The notes beneath the pieces are model-generated. The model was not told the origin of the DNA and ran no database searches. It saw only the letters and a list, made by a program, of their open reading frames with translations. Shown piece by piece: positions 1-9,035 of a stretch of DNA of 64,000 bases. This DNA comes from a bacterium (GTDB lineage: Bacteria > Patescibacteriota > Patescibacteriia > JAHIZJ01). The DNA lies in NCBI GenBank assembly GCA_030699685.1, contig JAUYLJ010000054.1, forward strand, positions 309 to 64,308, written 5' to 3'. How positions within the stretch are numbered: the stretch's first letter is position 1; every line of letters starts with the position of its first letter. Both the position numbers and the translations under genes were made by a program.

Positions 1-488
1 GTAGCGATCCAAAACGCTACGCACCGTCGATTTACGCGTTGATAAAGAGGGTGGCCAAGGGCGGAGAATTGCCCAGCATTAATCCTCTCGTTGACCTCTA
101 CAACATTGTTTCGCTGAAATACGTTGTTCCCATCGGCGGAGAAGATCTTGACGCCTGTGTTGGAGATATTCGATTGACGCGGGCGGCGGGAAGCGAGCAG
201 TTTATCGAGCTGGGAAAAAGCGAAGCCAGCCCGCCGGAAACAGGCGAAGTCGTCTATCGCGACGATCAGGGAGTATTGTGCCGGAAATTCAACTGGCGGG
301 AGGCGGAACGGACCAAACTGACTGAAAAAACAACCAACGCCGTGATTGTGATTGAAACCCTTCCGCCGGTCAGTTTCGAAGCACTTAGGGAGACGGTTGA
401 AGATCTTGCTCAACTCATTCAAACCCACTGCGGGGGAGTTGTTAAGCATCAGATTCTTGACAATAGCACTCAACAGTTTTCAGAGTAA
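1..488 (+). CDS. B3/4 (tRNA-binding, PheT-like) domain protein, 5-prime truncated by window edge
   Basis: Motif INPLVDLYNIVSL...PIGGEDLD matches the B3/4 domain core; the reading frame is open from the window start. Confidence 0.6.
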   Translation, partial: SDPKRYAPSIYALIKRVAKGGELPSINPLVDLYNIVSLKYVVPIGGEDLDACVGDIRLTRAAGSEQFIELGKSEASPPETGEVVYRDDQGVLCRKFNWREAERTKLTEKTTNAVIVIETLPPVSFEALRETVEDLAQLIQTHCGGVVKHQILDNSTQQFSE

Positions 489-552
489 ACAAAATCCCCA
501 GCCACAGAGCTGCGCAAGCGCAGATGTAGCTGGGGCGAAGATGCGAACCGAC

Positions 553-981
553 TCAGTAGTCGGTGCCGAAGCGGGCGTCGAGTGCGGCCTTCAGATTCTC
601 GAAGGTGACGCTACCTCGTGTGAGGTTTTCCCGAAAGACATACTCGGCGATGTCGGTTCGGGTGTTGAGTGCACCCGCGTAGTTCAGAAGCTCATCCCGC
701 GTGAGCATGAGCATCTGAACGTCGGCCCCGTACCAGACGCAGGCCAGCAAATGGGCATACGCCTTCGTGTCCAGCCCGCCGGAGCGAAGCTGGTCCAACA
801 CCGTGCTGGCCTCGAGAGTGAGGACTGCTCGGAGATTCTCCTCGGCGACCGTGGTGTTGCAGTGATCCTGCTCGACCGTCGAACGCAGGGCACAGCCTTG
901 GCCGAAAAGGATCAAAGAAAGCGCGAAGAGCGTGACCACAGTCCTGACTGCCTTCAGCATGAGACACCTCCCGGAACTCAA
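553..981 (-). CDS. hypothetical secreted/lipoprotein-like protein
   Basis: 142-aa ORF with N-terminal hydrophobic signal (LFGQGC lipobox-like); the antisense long ORF 352..1461 looks non-coding here. Confidence 0.4.
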   Translation of the reverse strand: MSSGRCLMLKAVRTVVTLFALSLILFGQGCALRSTVEQDHCNTTVAEENLRAVLTLEASTVLDQLRSGGLDTKAYAHLLACVWYGADVQMLMLTRDELLNYAGALNTRTDIAEYVFRENLTRGSVTFENLKAALDARFGTDY

Positions 982-1083
982 ACGTCTTTGATTGAAGGCA
1001 CGACAAGCGTGCCTGGTGTGCGATTGTTGCCTTTACATAGCAACCGCGTAGTGTATACTCAAAAAAGACTTTTGTCAAGCTTT

Positions 1084-1461
1084 ATGGGCTCAATCATCGA
1101 AACTAACGATACATTGCAAATCAGCCGGGAACAGGGATTTCCGACAGAATTGGATTACGAGAAACACCTTGAGCAGCCGTACACTGTCGACCAGTTTAAA
1201 GGCCGTGTCTTCGAGTTTCACGGCAAAAAAGACATCCGAATTTACCACGCGCCGCCGGTCCGGAATTTCTTGGCTGAAAACCGTGACGGGAAGTGGCTTT
1301 ACTGGGGTTTGGTGCACATTATCGAAGTAACACACGACATGGTAAAAAAAGAAACATCGGGGAAATTCGTAATCGAATACCTCTATACACCTGAAGAGAT
1401 GGAAAAAGCCCAGAGGTTAATTGATCGGCGGCCGAAGGTGGATTTTTTTTCCAAATCCTAA
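1084..1461 (+). CDS. hypothetical small protein
   Basis: C-terminal 125 aa of the 352..1461 ORF, starting at a Met 30 nt after a TTTACA-16nt-TATACT promoter-like element; protein-like composition. Confidence 0.4.
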   Translation: MGSIIETNDTLQISREQGFPTELDYEKHLEQPYTVDQFKGRVFEFHGKKDIRIYHAPPVRNFLAENRDGKWLYWGLVHIIEVTHDMVKKETSGKFVIEYLYTPEEMEKAQRLIDRRPKVDFFSKS

Positions 1462-1479
1462 ACATATCACAGCCAGCCG

Positions 1480-2442
1480 ATGAAACGCTTCTGGAACGGG
1501 CCATTTCTTATAATGATCGCGGCCACTCTCTGGGCGCTGGACGGCCTGTTACGTTCGCATTTGACCGAACGGATGCCTTCGATGGTAATTGTTTTTTACG
1601 AACACGCAGTTGGTTTTTTGCTGTTGTTGCCTTTCGTTTTCAAGTCGTTCGGTAAGATAAAAAAACTCAGTGGAAACGACTGGAGCAGGCTGGTCATTCT
1701 AGCCTTGGTTAGCAGCGTTCTGGGTACGGCCTTGTTCACGGAAGCGTTTGCCCGCAGCGCGGAATTTTTTGACTTTGCCACGCCGATTCTTCTCCAGAAA
1801 CTTCAGCCGGTCTTCGTCGTGTTCTTTGCCTGGCTGTCGTTGAAAGAGCGAATCACCTGGCGATTTGCGGGATTAGCGATAATCGCGTTACTGGGTAGTT
1901 ATCTGGTCAGCTTCGGCGGGGAGAAAATCGAACTGGATTTTACCGGACGCGAACTCGTGTATATTCTGGCGATTGGGGCGGCTCTAGCCTGGGGCTTGGG
2001 CACTATCCTCAGTAAAAGCATTCTGGAGAAGTTGTCTTTCTCGGAAGCGACTTCACTGCGTTTTTTATTGGCGATCCCCTTGAGCGCGCTTTTCATTACT
2101 GTTCAAGGAGGATGGTACAGTCCGGCGGAACTGGATGGCGGACAGATTTGGCGCTTCCTTGTCATCGGGTTGACCACCGGTATGGGAGCTATCTTGATTT
2201 ACTACCGGGGATTGAAAGTCACCCAGGCCAAAGTTGCAACCTTTGCCGAGCTGATGTTTCCGATAGTCAGCATTGGCATCGCCGTGACCGCGCTCAATCC
2301 TTTCGGCGAAGCTCAGACATTTTCCTTGGCCCAAGGGGCGGGCATTCTCTTGTTACTAGGGTCGATCTTGGCCATTAGCCTGACGGAAAGCATTTCAGCC
2401 CGTGAAAGACGCGGGTCGGATAGCGCATCATCGTATAACTAA
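1480..2442 (+). CDS. EamA/DMT-family transporter (10-TM permease)
   Basis: 320 aa, two repeated ~5-TM halves, typical DMT hydrophobic pattern. Confidence 0.7.
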   Translation: MKRFWNGPFLIMIAATLWALDGLLRSHLTERMPSMVIVFYEHAVGFLLLLPFVFKSFGKIKKLSGNDWSRLVILALVSSVLGTALFTEAFARSAEFFDFATPILLQKLQPVFVVFFAWLSLKERITWRFAGLAIIALLGSYLVSFGGEKIELDFTGRELVYILAIGAALAWGLGTILSKSILEKLSFSEATSLRFLLAIPLSALFITVQGGWYSPAELDGGQIWRFLVIGLTTGMGAILIYYRGLKVTQAKVATFAELMFPIVSIGIAVTALNPFGEAQTFSLAQGAGILLLLGSILAISLTESISARERRGSDSASSYN

Positions 2443-2519
2443 AAGCTCATTTGGAATATCACCGATATTCCTTGTACTGCGAATTTTACCTGGACATAAA
2501 ATGTTGTTAAGACGGCTCT

Positions 2520-2545
2520 AAAAAAACTCCCGGACCAACCGGGAG
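2520..2545 (-). terminator. intrinsic terminator (CTCCCGG-ACCAA-CCGGGAG hairpin, U-tract on minus strand)
   Basis: Perfect 7-bp GC stem followed by TTTTTTT on the minus strand just after the stop of 2554..3246; may also act on the plus strand. Confidence 0.7.
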
Positions 2546-2553
2546 TTTCGCGG

Positions 2554-3246
2554 TTATGCTTTGATTGATTCAAGATTGATGTCCGGCAGTCCCTCGGGCA
2601 GCTCACCCCAGCCATGAGCAGTTTCGGGTTTACCGAGAGTCATTTTCTTGCCATACACTGATTGTTTGTCCGGCGCCCGGTATTCGACTTTCACCGTAAT
2701 GACGGGTTCGGATTCGCCAGGTCTCTCGGCATGACTCGAGACAGGTTTTTCCGCTCGGTTCACGCTTGCGACTTTGACGTGGCCGTTGATCTGTTCGTAA
2801 GTCTTTGTCTCGTCCCATTGCTCGCCTTTTTTCTCGCCTTCGGTATTTTCCCCAAAGAAGCGTGTACAGTTGCCGTCCTCGTCGTATTCATAGTTGTTTT
2901 CCCAAGCGTGTTCCCGGGCCAGATGCTTGCCTATTTCTTTGGTTGGTTTTGTCGGATGACGTTTATCACCGTATTCCAGACGCCGTTGGCTGACTGATTT
3001 CAGTTCCTGTGAGTCTTTCCATTCGCCGTCAAATTGCGCCCGGTGATAGTCCCAGCGCTTCTCTGCCACCGTACGGCCCTCGGTGTCTTTATACGTTTCC
3101 AGTTTCGGATCGCCGTTTTCGTTTTCCTGCCTTTCCCACTGCATCTCCGCCAGCGACGGGTCCGTTTCTAGGGCACTGCGGCCGGGAATTTCTTCAACCA
3201 GCGGCCGAGGTTCGCCATCGATTCCTCCTCGTTCTTTTTCTGCCAT
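2554..3246 (-). CDS. hypothetical highly charged (E/K/D/W-rich) protein
   Basis: 230-aa ORF, low-complexity acidic with recurring W-[ED] motifs; followed by an intrinsic terminator. Confidence 0.5.
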   Translation of the reverse strand: MAEKERGGIDGEPRPLVEEIPGRSALETDPSLAEMQWERQENENGDPKLETYKDTEGRTVAEKRWDYHRAQFDGEWKDSQELKSVSQRRLEYGDKRHPTKPTKEIGKHLAREHAWENNYEYDEDGNCTRFFGENTEGEKKGEQWDETKTYEQINGHVKVASVNRAEKPVSSHAERPGESEPVITVKVEYRAPDKQSVYGKKMTLGKPETAHGWGELPEGLPDINLESIKA

Positions 3247-3308
3247 GGTTGTAAGGCTTAAGAATGATTGTTTCCATCTTATCGTGTATTGGGCCTCGAG
3301 GCAAGTAG

Positions 3309-3336
3309 TTGACTTTTTCAGAGTCTATGGTATGAT
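3309..3336 (+). promoter_or_regulatory. sigma70-like promoter (TTGACT-16nt-TATGAT) for leader ORF / tRNA-Asn
   Basis: -35 TTGACT at 3309-3314, -10 TATGAT at 3331-3336. Confidence 0.5.
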
Positions 3337-3345
3337 GTAGGAAGG

Positions 3346-3393
3346 ATGAAACATTTCGACAACAACTTAACTAACAACAATACCCAGTTCTGA
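3346..3393 (+). CDS. candidate 15-aa Asn-rich leader peptide MKHFDNNLTNNNTQF
   Basis: ATG right after AGGAAGG; 5 of 15 codons are Asn (AAC/AAT); the stop codon overlaps the antiterminator segment GACTGGC (3392-3398). Confidence 0.35.
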   Translation: MKHFDNNLTNNNTQF

Positions 3394-3421
3394 CTGGCAG
3401 CTTTTTGACTTGTTAGTAAGA

Positions 3422-3455
3422 GGCCAGTCGCGAAGAGACTGGTCGTTTTGTTTTT
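3422..3455 (+). terminator. intrinsic terminator / attenuator (8-bp stem, loop GCGAAGA, GTTTTGTTTTT)
   Basis: GGCCAGTC/GACTGGTC stem followed by a T-tract; the upstream GACTGGC can alternatively pair with GCCAGTC (3423-3429). Confidence 0.6.
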
Positions 3456-3548
3456 AGATCATCGTTTCGGGAGTAGTTCGGCCGGTAGAACCCCGTACAA
3501 CTGCTATGTAGTTTATGGGGCAAGCGCTCCGCATTTTGTCCGCCGTAC

Positions 3549-3620
3549 TCCGAGGTAGTTCAATGGTAGAACGCTGCACTGTTAATGCAGATGTTGGAGG
3601 TTCGAATCCTCCCCTCGGAG
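3549..3620 (+). tRNA. tRNA-Asn (anticodon GTT)
   Basis: 72-nt cloverleaf folded by hand: acceptor TCCGAGG/CCTCGGA, D-arm GTTC-AATGGTA-GAAC, anticodon arm CTGCA-CTGTTAA-TGCAG, T-arm GGAGG-TTCGAAT-CCTCC, discriminator G. Confidence 0.93.
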
Positions 3621-3679
3621 CTCGGCGGGAAAGGCTCCGGCGCTTACGTGAAATCTTTAGGCTATGCTACAATGCCAGC

Positions 3680-4432
3680 ATGAACCAGAAAATATTCAAT
3701 TCCAGAAAGGAAAAACTTGATACGCTGGTTGAGGGTCGCAATGGAAATTTGACCATTGTGATGGTCCATGGCTTTGGGACCAGCAAAGACGAGAACGCGA
3801 GAATGTTTATCGACATTTCCAAACGTCTTTCCGCTTACGGGCGGATCGTGCGTTTTGACTTTGCCGGTTACGGCCAGAGTGAAGGTCGTCAGGAGGACGT
3901 CAATCTGAATACTATGGCCGATGACCTGAAGTCAGTACTTGATTGGGTTCGAAAGAAATATGGAGGCCGTATTATGATCCTGGCGCATTCTTTTGGCACG
4001 CTTGTCACTCGCTATCTCTCTCCGGATAGTATTGAGAAGACTATTTTTACCGGTATCACTCCACCTGACGTGAAAGCGCATATGGAGTCAACCATGAAGA
4101 GAATTCAAAGTCGGGTCGGAGGAAGCCTGAGCGAAAACGGGGTAAGCATCTATCCCCGAAAAGATGGAGAAGTACAAAAAATCGGCAGTAGTCATTGGAA
4201 AATTCTTCGAGAAGTCGACCCTCTGAGATTGGCCAAGATACTCGCTCAAAAGACAGACTTAATCATCATTAAGCCCATGCAAGATGAGATTGTCGGCGGT
4301 GAAGCTACGACGGAGCAATATAAAACAATTTCCGGGATCAGATTCATCGAGCTTGACGGAGATCATAACTTTACCTCTCAGCGTGATAGGAGGGGATTGT
4401 TAAATACTCTGGAACGACTGATTGCTGGTTAG
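3680..4432 (+). CDS. alpha/beta-fold hydrolase
   Basis: HGFG oxyanion motif and nucleophile elbow AHSFG; the ORF-track start at 3515 runs through the tRNA and is an artefact; the real start is ATG 3680. Confidence 0.7.
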   Translation: MNQKIFNSRKEKLDTLVEGRNGNLTIVMVHGFGTSKDENARMFIDISKRLSAYGRIVRFDFAGYGQSEGRQEDVNLNTMADDLKSVLDWVRKKYGGRIMILAHSFGTLVTRYLSPDSIEKTIFTGITPPDVKAHMESTMKRIQSRVGGSLSENGVSIYPRKDGEVQKIGSSHWKILREVDPLRLAKILAQKTDLIIIKPMQDEIVGGEATTEQYKTISGIRFIELDGDHNFTSQRDRRGLLNTLERLIAG

Positions 4433-4433
4433 C

Positions 4434-4467
4434 ATAAAAAAAGCGTGTCACTTTTCTTCTGCCACGC
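4434..4467 (-). terminator. putative terminator of the copper operon (AAGCGTG...CACGCTT stem, T7 tract)
   Basis: 7-bp stem overlapping the copZ stop, followed by TTTTTTT on the minus strand; the loop is long (~15 nt). Confidence 0.45.
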
Positions 4468-4684
4468 TTGCCGTGTAGTCCAGTTTTTGTATTTCAGCAA
4501 TAATCGCATCGAGACTTTGCTGTCCAGGATCATAGGCTACGATAGTGGTAGATTTCGCGTAGCTTGTTTCACTTTGGATAACTCCTTCAAGATCCTCTAG
4601 GGCTCCGTCAATATTCATGGCGCAGCTCACGCAATGCATTCCCTGAATGTTCAGCTTCACTCGTTGTTCGTTTGTGTGTTCCAT
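4448..4684 (-). CDS. copZ: copper chaperone CopZ (HMA domain, GMHCVSCA)
   Basis: 78 aa with the MxCxxC heavy-metal-associated motif. Confidence 0.85.
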   Translation of the reverse strand: MEHTNEQRVKLNIQGMHCVSCAMNIDGALEDLEGVIQSETSYAKSTTIVAYDPGQQSLDAIIAEIQKLDYTASVAEEK

Positions 4685-4700
4685 AGATTAATCCAATATT

Positions 4701-5768
4701 TTATATAACCTCGAAGGTTCCCGTGTACATTCCCATCGAACAAGCGAATACATATTGCCCCTTCTTGGTTGGGGTAAAACGGAATGTTTCGCTGTCGGTT
4801 GGTTCCAACAACGCATAGATGCCAAATTGCCGGAAAGTGAAAGCGGAAGCGCAGCTATAAACGTCATTTGTTTCCACGGTGAGCTCTACCGGCACTCCGG
4901 CTTTAACTTTGATACGATTTGGTTTGTATCCATAATCCTGTACTTCAATATGTACTTTTTGGATCTCGGCTATGCTGATATCGGGACTGGAAAAATTCAC
5001 CTCTTCGCCATTGGATGAAGCGGATCCATTCGCGGAAAAAGCCAGCTGTATCCGCTGCCAGGAAATTGGCGCGTCCACTGCTTGCAAAACTCCGTTGAAG
5101 CTGTAGAGGGACATTCCCACCAACAGCAAGGCGGCAAATTTCAAAAATTTCACTTGCAACGATTCACTAAGTTTCGCCGTGGCAATGCCGATAAACCCGA
5201 AAATCGGCGCCGTGCCCAGCACGAAAACCATCATAATCAGCGCTCCCGTGATCGGATTTCCGCTGTTGATCGCCAGGACTTCCATGGCCTGGGTCACCCC
5301 GCAGGGAATAAAAACAGTGAAAACCCCGAGGATGGTCGGCGCGAAGAACGATGACGCCTTGCTGGATTGTCGCACCTTTCTTTGGATAAATTTCGGCGGT
5401 TGAAAAGCCACGAAACGGAAGATCGGGTGGACGTTGAAAAGATTAAGCGCCGTGGTCAGCATAAAGGCGGCGGCCAAAACCTGGAAAAAAATTTTCACGC
5501 CAAAACTGAGGGTGAAAACCGATCCCAAAGCTCCCAAAAGGAAACCAAGTATGCCGTGGACTACGAGTTTTGACCCCAGAAACATGACCACCGGCAGCCA
5601 GTCGCCCTTGTCAAAAGAACGAGACGCCAATTCCGGTGAATCGGGGCTGTCCCGAAAATCCTTTCGTTTTTGATTGGCGATAATGGACGCCAACAATCCT
5701 CCCTGAACGGCCAAGCACGCCAACCCGCCGGTTGTCAGGCCAGTCAGAAAAACAACCCAAAGGTTCAT
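4701..5768 (-). CDS. membrane permease (TauE/SafE-like) fused to a C-terminal cupredoxin-like metal-binding domain
   Basis: N-terminal [17 protein letters not shown] helix motif and multiple TMs; C-terminal ~90 aa beta-sandwich with Cys/Met/His (YSCASAF...[10 protein letters not shown]). Confidence 0.5.
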   Translation of the reverse strand: MNLWVVFLTGLTTGGLACLAVQGGLLASIIANQKRKDFRDSPDSPELASRSFDKGDWLPVVMFLGSKLVVHGILGFLLGALGSVFTLSFGVKIFFQVLAAAFMLTTALNLFNVHPIFRFVAFQPPKFIQRKVRQSSKASSFFAPTILGVFTVFIPCGVTQAMEVLAINSGNPITGALIMMVFVLGTAPIFGFIGIATAKLSESLQVKFLKFAALLLVGMSLYSFNGVLQAVDAPISWQRIQLAFSANGSASSNGEEVNFSSPDISIAEIQKVHIEVQDYGYKPNRIKVKAGVPVELTVETNDVYSCASAFTFRQFGIYALLEPTDSETFRFTPTKKGQYVFACSMGMYTGTFEVI

Positions 5769-7972
5769 TGTTTTTGCAAGTTAACTTTTTTAAGTCTTAG
5801 CGCGTTTGCCACCACGGAAACGCTTGATAGCGCCATAGCCAGGCTGGCCAGCATGGGATTGAGCTGAGTGCCGGTCAGCGGATACAAGACGCCCATGGCC
5901 ACCGGTATCAAAATGATGTTATAGCTAAATGCCCAGACAAGGTTCTGGCGAATGTTACGCATGGTCGCTTTGGCCAAGGTGATGGACTGGGGAATCAGTG
6001 AAATATCACCTCGCAACAGCGTTATTCCGGCTGTTTCCATGGCGACATCCGTACCTTCTCCCATGGCGATTCCCACGTCAGCCACCGCCAAGGCCGGCGC
6101 GTCATTGATCCCGTCACCGGACATGGCTACGACATTCCCTTTCGATTGAGAATCTTTGATCCAGGCGGCTTTTTCTTCCGGTGAGACGCGGGCTCTCCAG
6201 GTCGTGATGGAAACGGTATTGGCGATCGCTTCAGCTGTTTTTTTATTGTCACCCGTGAGCATCACTGGCTCAATGCCCATCTGACTTAGCCTGGCAACCG
6301 CCGAAGCCGATTTTTCTTTTACCTGATCAAATACGGCGATATACCCCAAATATCTATTTTCTTCAGAAAGTAGCAAGACGCTTTCCCCGAGCGATTCATG
6401 TTCCGTTATCTTTCTCTGCTGTTCTTCAGTGATCTTTCCGTCATGTTGGAGAATAAAATCCAGAGTGCCGAGGCGATATTCTTTTCCCTTGATTGTGCCC
6501 AAGACACCTTTGCCCGACTCCGCGTGAAACGATTCAACGGGCTGAAGCGATAGTTTCATCGCATTTGTCTTTTGTATCACGGCTCCTGCCAGAGGGTGTT
6601 CTGATTGTTGCTCGAGGGAAGCGGCCAGGATCAATACCTCATCGGAAGAGTACGAATTAACCGCGGGTTTTCCTTCCGTCAGCGTGCCGGTTTTATCCAA
6701 CACCACTTGCGTTATGGCTTGAGACCGCTCAAGCGACTCCGCGTTGCGTATCAGGATGCCTTTTTTAGCTCCCCGGCCGATTCCCACGGTGAGCGAGGTG
6801 GGCGTGGCTAGGCCCAGGGCGCAGGGACAGGCGATAATCAAGACGGAAATCATACTAACCAGCGCGCGCGGCAGGCTCGGCTCTGGTCCAAAAATAATCC
6901 AGGCGATAAACGTAATTATCGACAGCGCTATCACGATTGGGACGAAATAGGACGAAATAGTGTCTACGAGTTTTTGGATTGGAGGTCGCGAACCTTGAGC
7001 CTCGCGAACCATTTGGACAATCCGTGAAAGTTTGGTGTTTTCCCCGACTACCGTCGCTCGCATTTCAAACGATCCTGAGGAATTCATCGTCGCCGCGAAG
7101 ACCGCGTCAGATGGCTTTTTTTCTACCGGGATACTTTCTCCCGTTAACATGCTTTCATCTACGGAACTGCCCCCCTTGAATACTATGCCGTCAACGGGAA
7201 TTTTTTCTCCAGGCTTTACCAATATTTCATCGCCAATCATTACGTTTTCGACTGGCTGATCTTGCCATTCTCCGTTTTTTCTGACATGGGCGATAGTTGG
7301 CTGGAGTTCTAATAATTCTTTGATGGCGGCGGAGGCCTGTCCCTTGGCCCTGGTTTCCAGGTATTTTCCCAATAATATTAATGTCAGAATAGTGGCCGAA
7401 GTTTCAAAGTACACGTACTGAGGAAGGCCCGAGTCTCCCAAACTGCCGGAAAAAACCGCGACAACAAGGGAGTAGCCATATGCCACCGAAGTTCCCAGGG
7501 CGACCAGGGTGTCCATATTGGTCGTTTTATTTTTCGCGGCCGACCAGGCGCTTAAGTAAAAATCCTTTCCCAGCCAGAATTGAATTGGAGTGGCCAAGGC
7601 CAGCATGAAGAGGGGATTGGCCATAAACGCGGGAGCGGCCGGGACCATAGCGGCAAAAAGAAGAACGGCTGACAAAATTATTCCGACAAATAATTTTCGC
7701 CGAAGCGAGTTCAGCCGGATAGCGTGATCATGTTCCATGGTCGAGTCGGTATCGCCGTGATCAATATGCGCTTTGTAGCCAAGCTTCCCCACAATATCGG
7801 CAATGCCGTCTGTTTTAATGGCTTTTGAGTCGTACGTGACATGGGCGTGTTCATTGCCATAATTTACCGTTGCTTGCGAAATGCCGTCTGCTTTTAACAA
7901 CTTTCTTTGTATATTGGCAGCGCAGGAGGCGCAATGCATTCCCGAAACGTAGAAATTAATTTTTTCAGACAT
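5765..7972 (-). CDS. copA: copper-translocating P-type ATPase CopA
   Basis: HMA domain [11 protein letters not shown] motif ([13 protein letters not shown]), [15 protein letters not shown]; start taken at MSEKINF, overlapping the regulator stop by 8 nt. Confidence 0.9.
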   Translation of the reverse strand: MSEKINFYVSGMHCASCAANIQRKLLKADGISQATVNYGNEHAHVTYDSKAIKTDGIADIVGKLGYKAHIDHGDTDSTMEHDHAIRLNSLRRKLFVGIILSAVLLFAAMVPAAPAFMANPLFMLALATPIQFWLGKDFYLSAWSAAKNKTTNMDTLVALGTSVAYGYSLVVAVFSGSLGDSGLPQYVYFETSATILTLILLGKYLETRAKGQASAAIKELLELQPTIAHVRKNGEWQDQPVENVMIGDEILVKPGEKIPVDGIVFKGGSSVDESMLTGESIPVEKKPSDAVFAATMNSSGSFEMRATVVGENTKLSRIVQMVREAQGSRPPIQKLVDTISSYFVPIVIALSIITFIAWIIFGPEPSLPRALVSMISVLIIACPCALGLATPTSLTVGIGRGAKKGILIRNAESLERSQAITQVVLDKTGTLTEGKPAVNSYSSDEVLILAASLEQQSEHPLAGAVIQKTNAMKLSLQPVESFHAESGKGVLGTIKGKEYRLGTLDFILQHDGKITEEQQRKITEHESLGESVLLLSEENRYLGYIAVFDQVKEKSASAVARLSQMGIEPVMLTGDNKKTAEAIANTVSITTWRARVSPEEKAAWIKDSQSKGNVVAMSGDGINDAPALAVADVGIAMGEGTDVAMETAGITLLRGDISLIPQSITLAKATMRNIRQNLVWAFSYNIILIPVAMGVLYPLTGTQLNPMLASLAMALSSVSVVANALRLKKVNLQKQ

Positions 7973-8441
7973 ATTTTTTCGGATGAAGAATAAAATTCTT
8001 TCGGCAGCCTGAAGCGCAAAAGTAGTAGGTAGTGCGTTTATACTCATGGGTAAAGACCGCGTGACGTGGTGAAACTGACATACCGCAAACTGGATCGGTA
8101 ATTTTTGGCACGGATGGAGCACTCAGCTTATGGCGCAAAGGCCGAATGCTTTTTCTATCAGAAAGAACCTCATGGATATTCTCCAGCAGTTTAATGAATG
8201 TCGGATGCGCGAGACGATATAATTTTTCTTTGCCTTGGCGCTTTGTTACCACTATCCCGTTTCTTCGCAAAACCTGAAGATGCTGGCTCACGTTCGACTG
8301 CGACATTCCAGACATGTGGATAAGTTCAGTGACGGTCACTGAGGTATCGCACAAAATACGCAATATCTCAATGCGTTTTTGATTAGCGAGCGCTTTCAAC
8401 AGCCGTGTGTATTGTTGGTACGTTGAAGAAGACATATTCAA
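7965..8441 (-). CDS. ArsR/SmtB-family metalloregulator with C-terminal YHS/TRASH copper-binding domain
   Basis: wHTH ...[12 protein letters not shown]...[18 protein letters not shown]...; C-terminal DPVCGM...YYFCASGCR (TRASH/YHS); TTG or ATG (8435) start. Confidence 0.75.
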   Translation of the reverse strand: MNMSSSTYQQYTRLLKALANQKRIEILRILCDTSVTVTELIHMSGMSQSNVSQHLQVLRRNGIVVTKRQGKEKLYRLAHPTFIKLLENIHEVLSDRKSIRPLRHKLSAPSVPKITDPVCGMSVSPRHAVFTHEYKRTTYYFCASGCRKNFILHPKKYV

Positions 8442-8453
8442 TATCTTGAATAT
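8434..8453. promoter_or_regulatory. ArsR-type operator: inverted repeat ATATTCAA-gata-TTGAATAT over the regulator start and -10
   Basis: Perfect 8-bp arms with 4-bp spacer, in a 12-2-12-like arrangement typical of ArsR/SmtB operators; overlaps the minus-strand promoter TTGACC-17-TATATT (8449-8477). Confidence 0.55.
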
Positions 8454-8492
8454 ATCATTTCACGTAGAAGAGGTCAACCTGACTCTTGACTT

Positions 8493-8900
8493 CTAAGTGA
8501 AATCCAAGATCAAACCAATTAGCAACGCCAATCCCGAAGTAATAAAGATAAACACGTAGTTCCACTTCTCACGAGTTGTCTTCAGCGTGCGCAAAATGTA
8601 TCCGAGGGAAGCTTTGTCGTCTTCTGAGAGCTGGGTCAGACTGGAAACTTTTTCATCGAGTTTCTGCTCACGAATCAACCGAGCGCGTTTCTCGGAAATC
8701 TGATAGCGATGGATGAAGTAGATGATAAAGCCGATGGTACCGATATACCAGGAAATCGTCACCCAATACGCGCTATAGTTGTTAAGTACGATTATGATAC
8801 GGTAAGCGAGGGTGGCGATGATGCCGGCCCAGAAATAGAAGAGTCGGATGAATTTTGGATGGGCTTTGGGTTCGGGCATGACGAATAGTATAGTTAACAA
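8493..8900 (-). CDS. hypothetical membrane protein
   Basis: 135 aa, 3-4 predicted TM helices. Confidence 0.4.
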   Translation of the reverse strand: MLTILFVMPEPKAHPKFIRLFYFWAGIIATLAYRIIIVLNNYSAYWVTISWYIGTIGFIIYFIHRYQISEKRARLIREQKLDEKVSSLTQLSEDDKASLGYILRTLKTTREKWNYVFIFITSGLALLIGLILDFT

Positions 8901-8940
8901 TCTTGCAAGCTAAGTATAGCAGATTCACAGGAGCAGAGAA

Positions 8941-8971
8941 GCGGGATAGTAAGTCCCGCTATTGTTTTTTG
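8941..8971 (+). terminator. orphan hairpin + T-tract (GCGGGA-tagtaag-TCCCGC tattgttttttg)
   Basis: Stem-loop followed by a T-run with no upstream plus-strand gene; sits in the leader of the UbiA gene; the motif recurs at 12574-12592. Confidence 0.35.
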
Positions 8972-9035
8972 CCATTTTGGCTGTATACTCTTGATATCGC
9001 GTAACAGAAAGATCTTCGAAAAACTCATGAGGTAG

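Noticed and set aside
352-1083. First two-thirds of the long plus-strand ORF 352..1461
   Set aside because: It overlaps the B3/4-domain gene in another frame and is antisense to the plausible secreted-protein gene 553..981. Composition is not protein-like. Only the C-terminal part (1084..1461) was kept.
3515-3679. N-terminal 55 codons of the 305-aa ORF (3515..4432)
   Set aside because: This stretch is the translation of the tRNA-Asn gene and its flanks. The hydrolase really starts at ATG 3680 after the tRNA.
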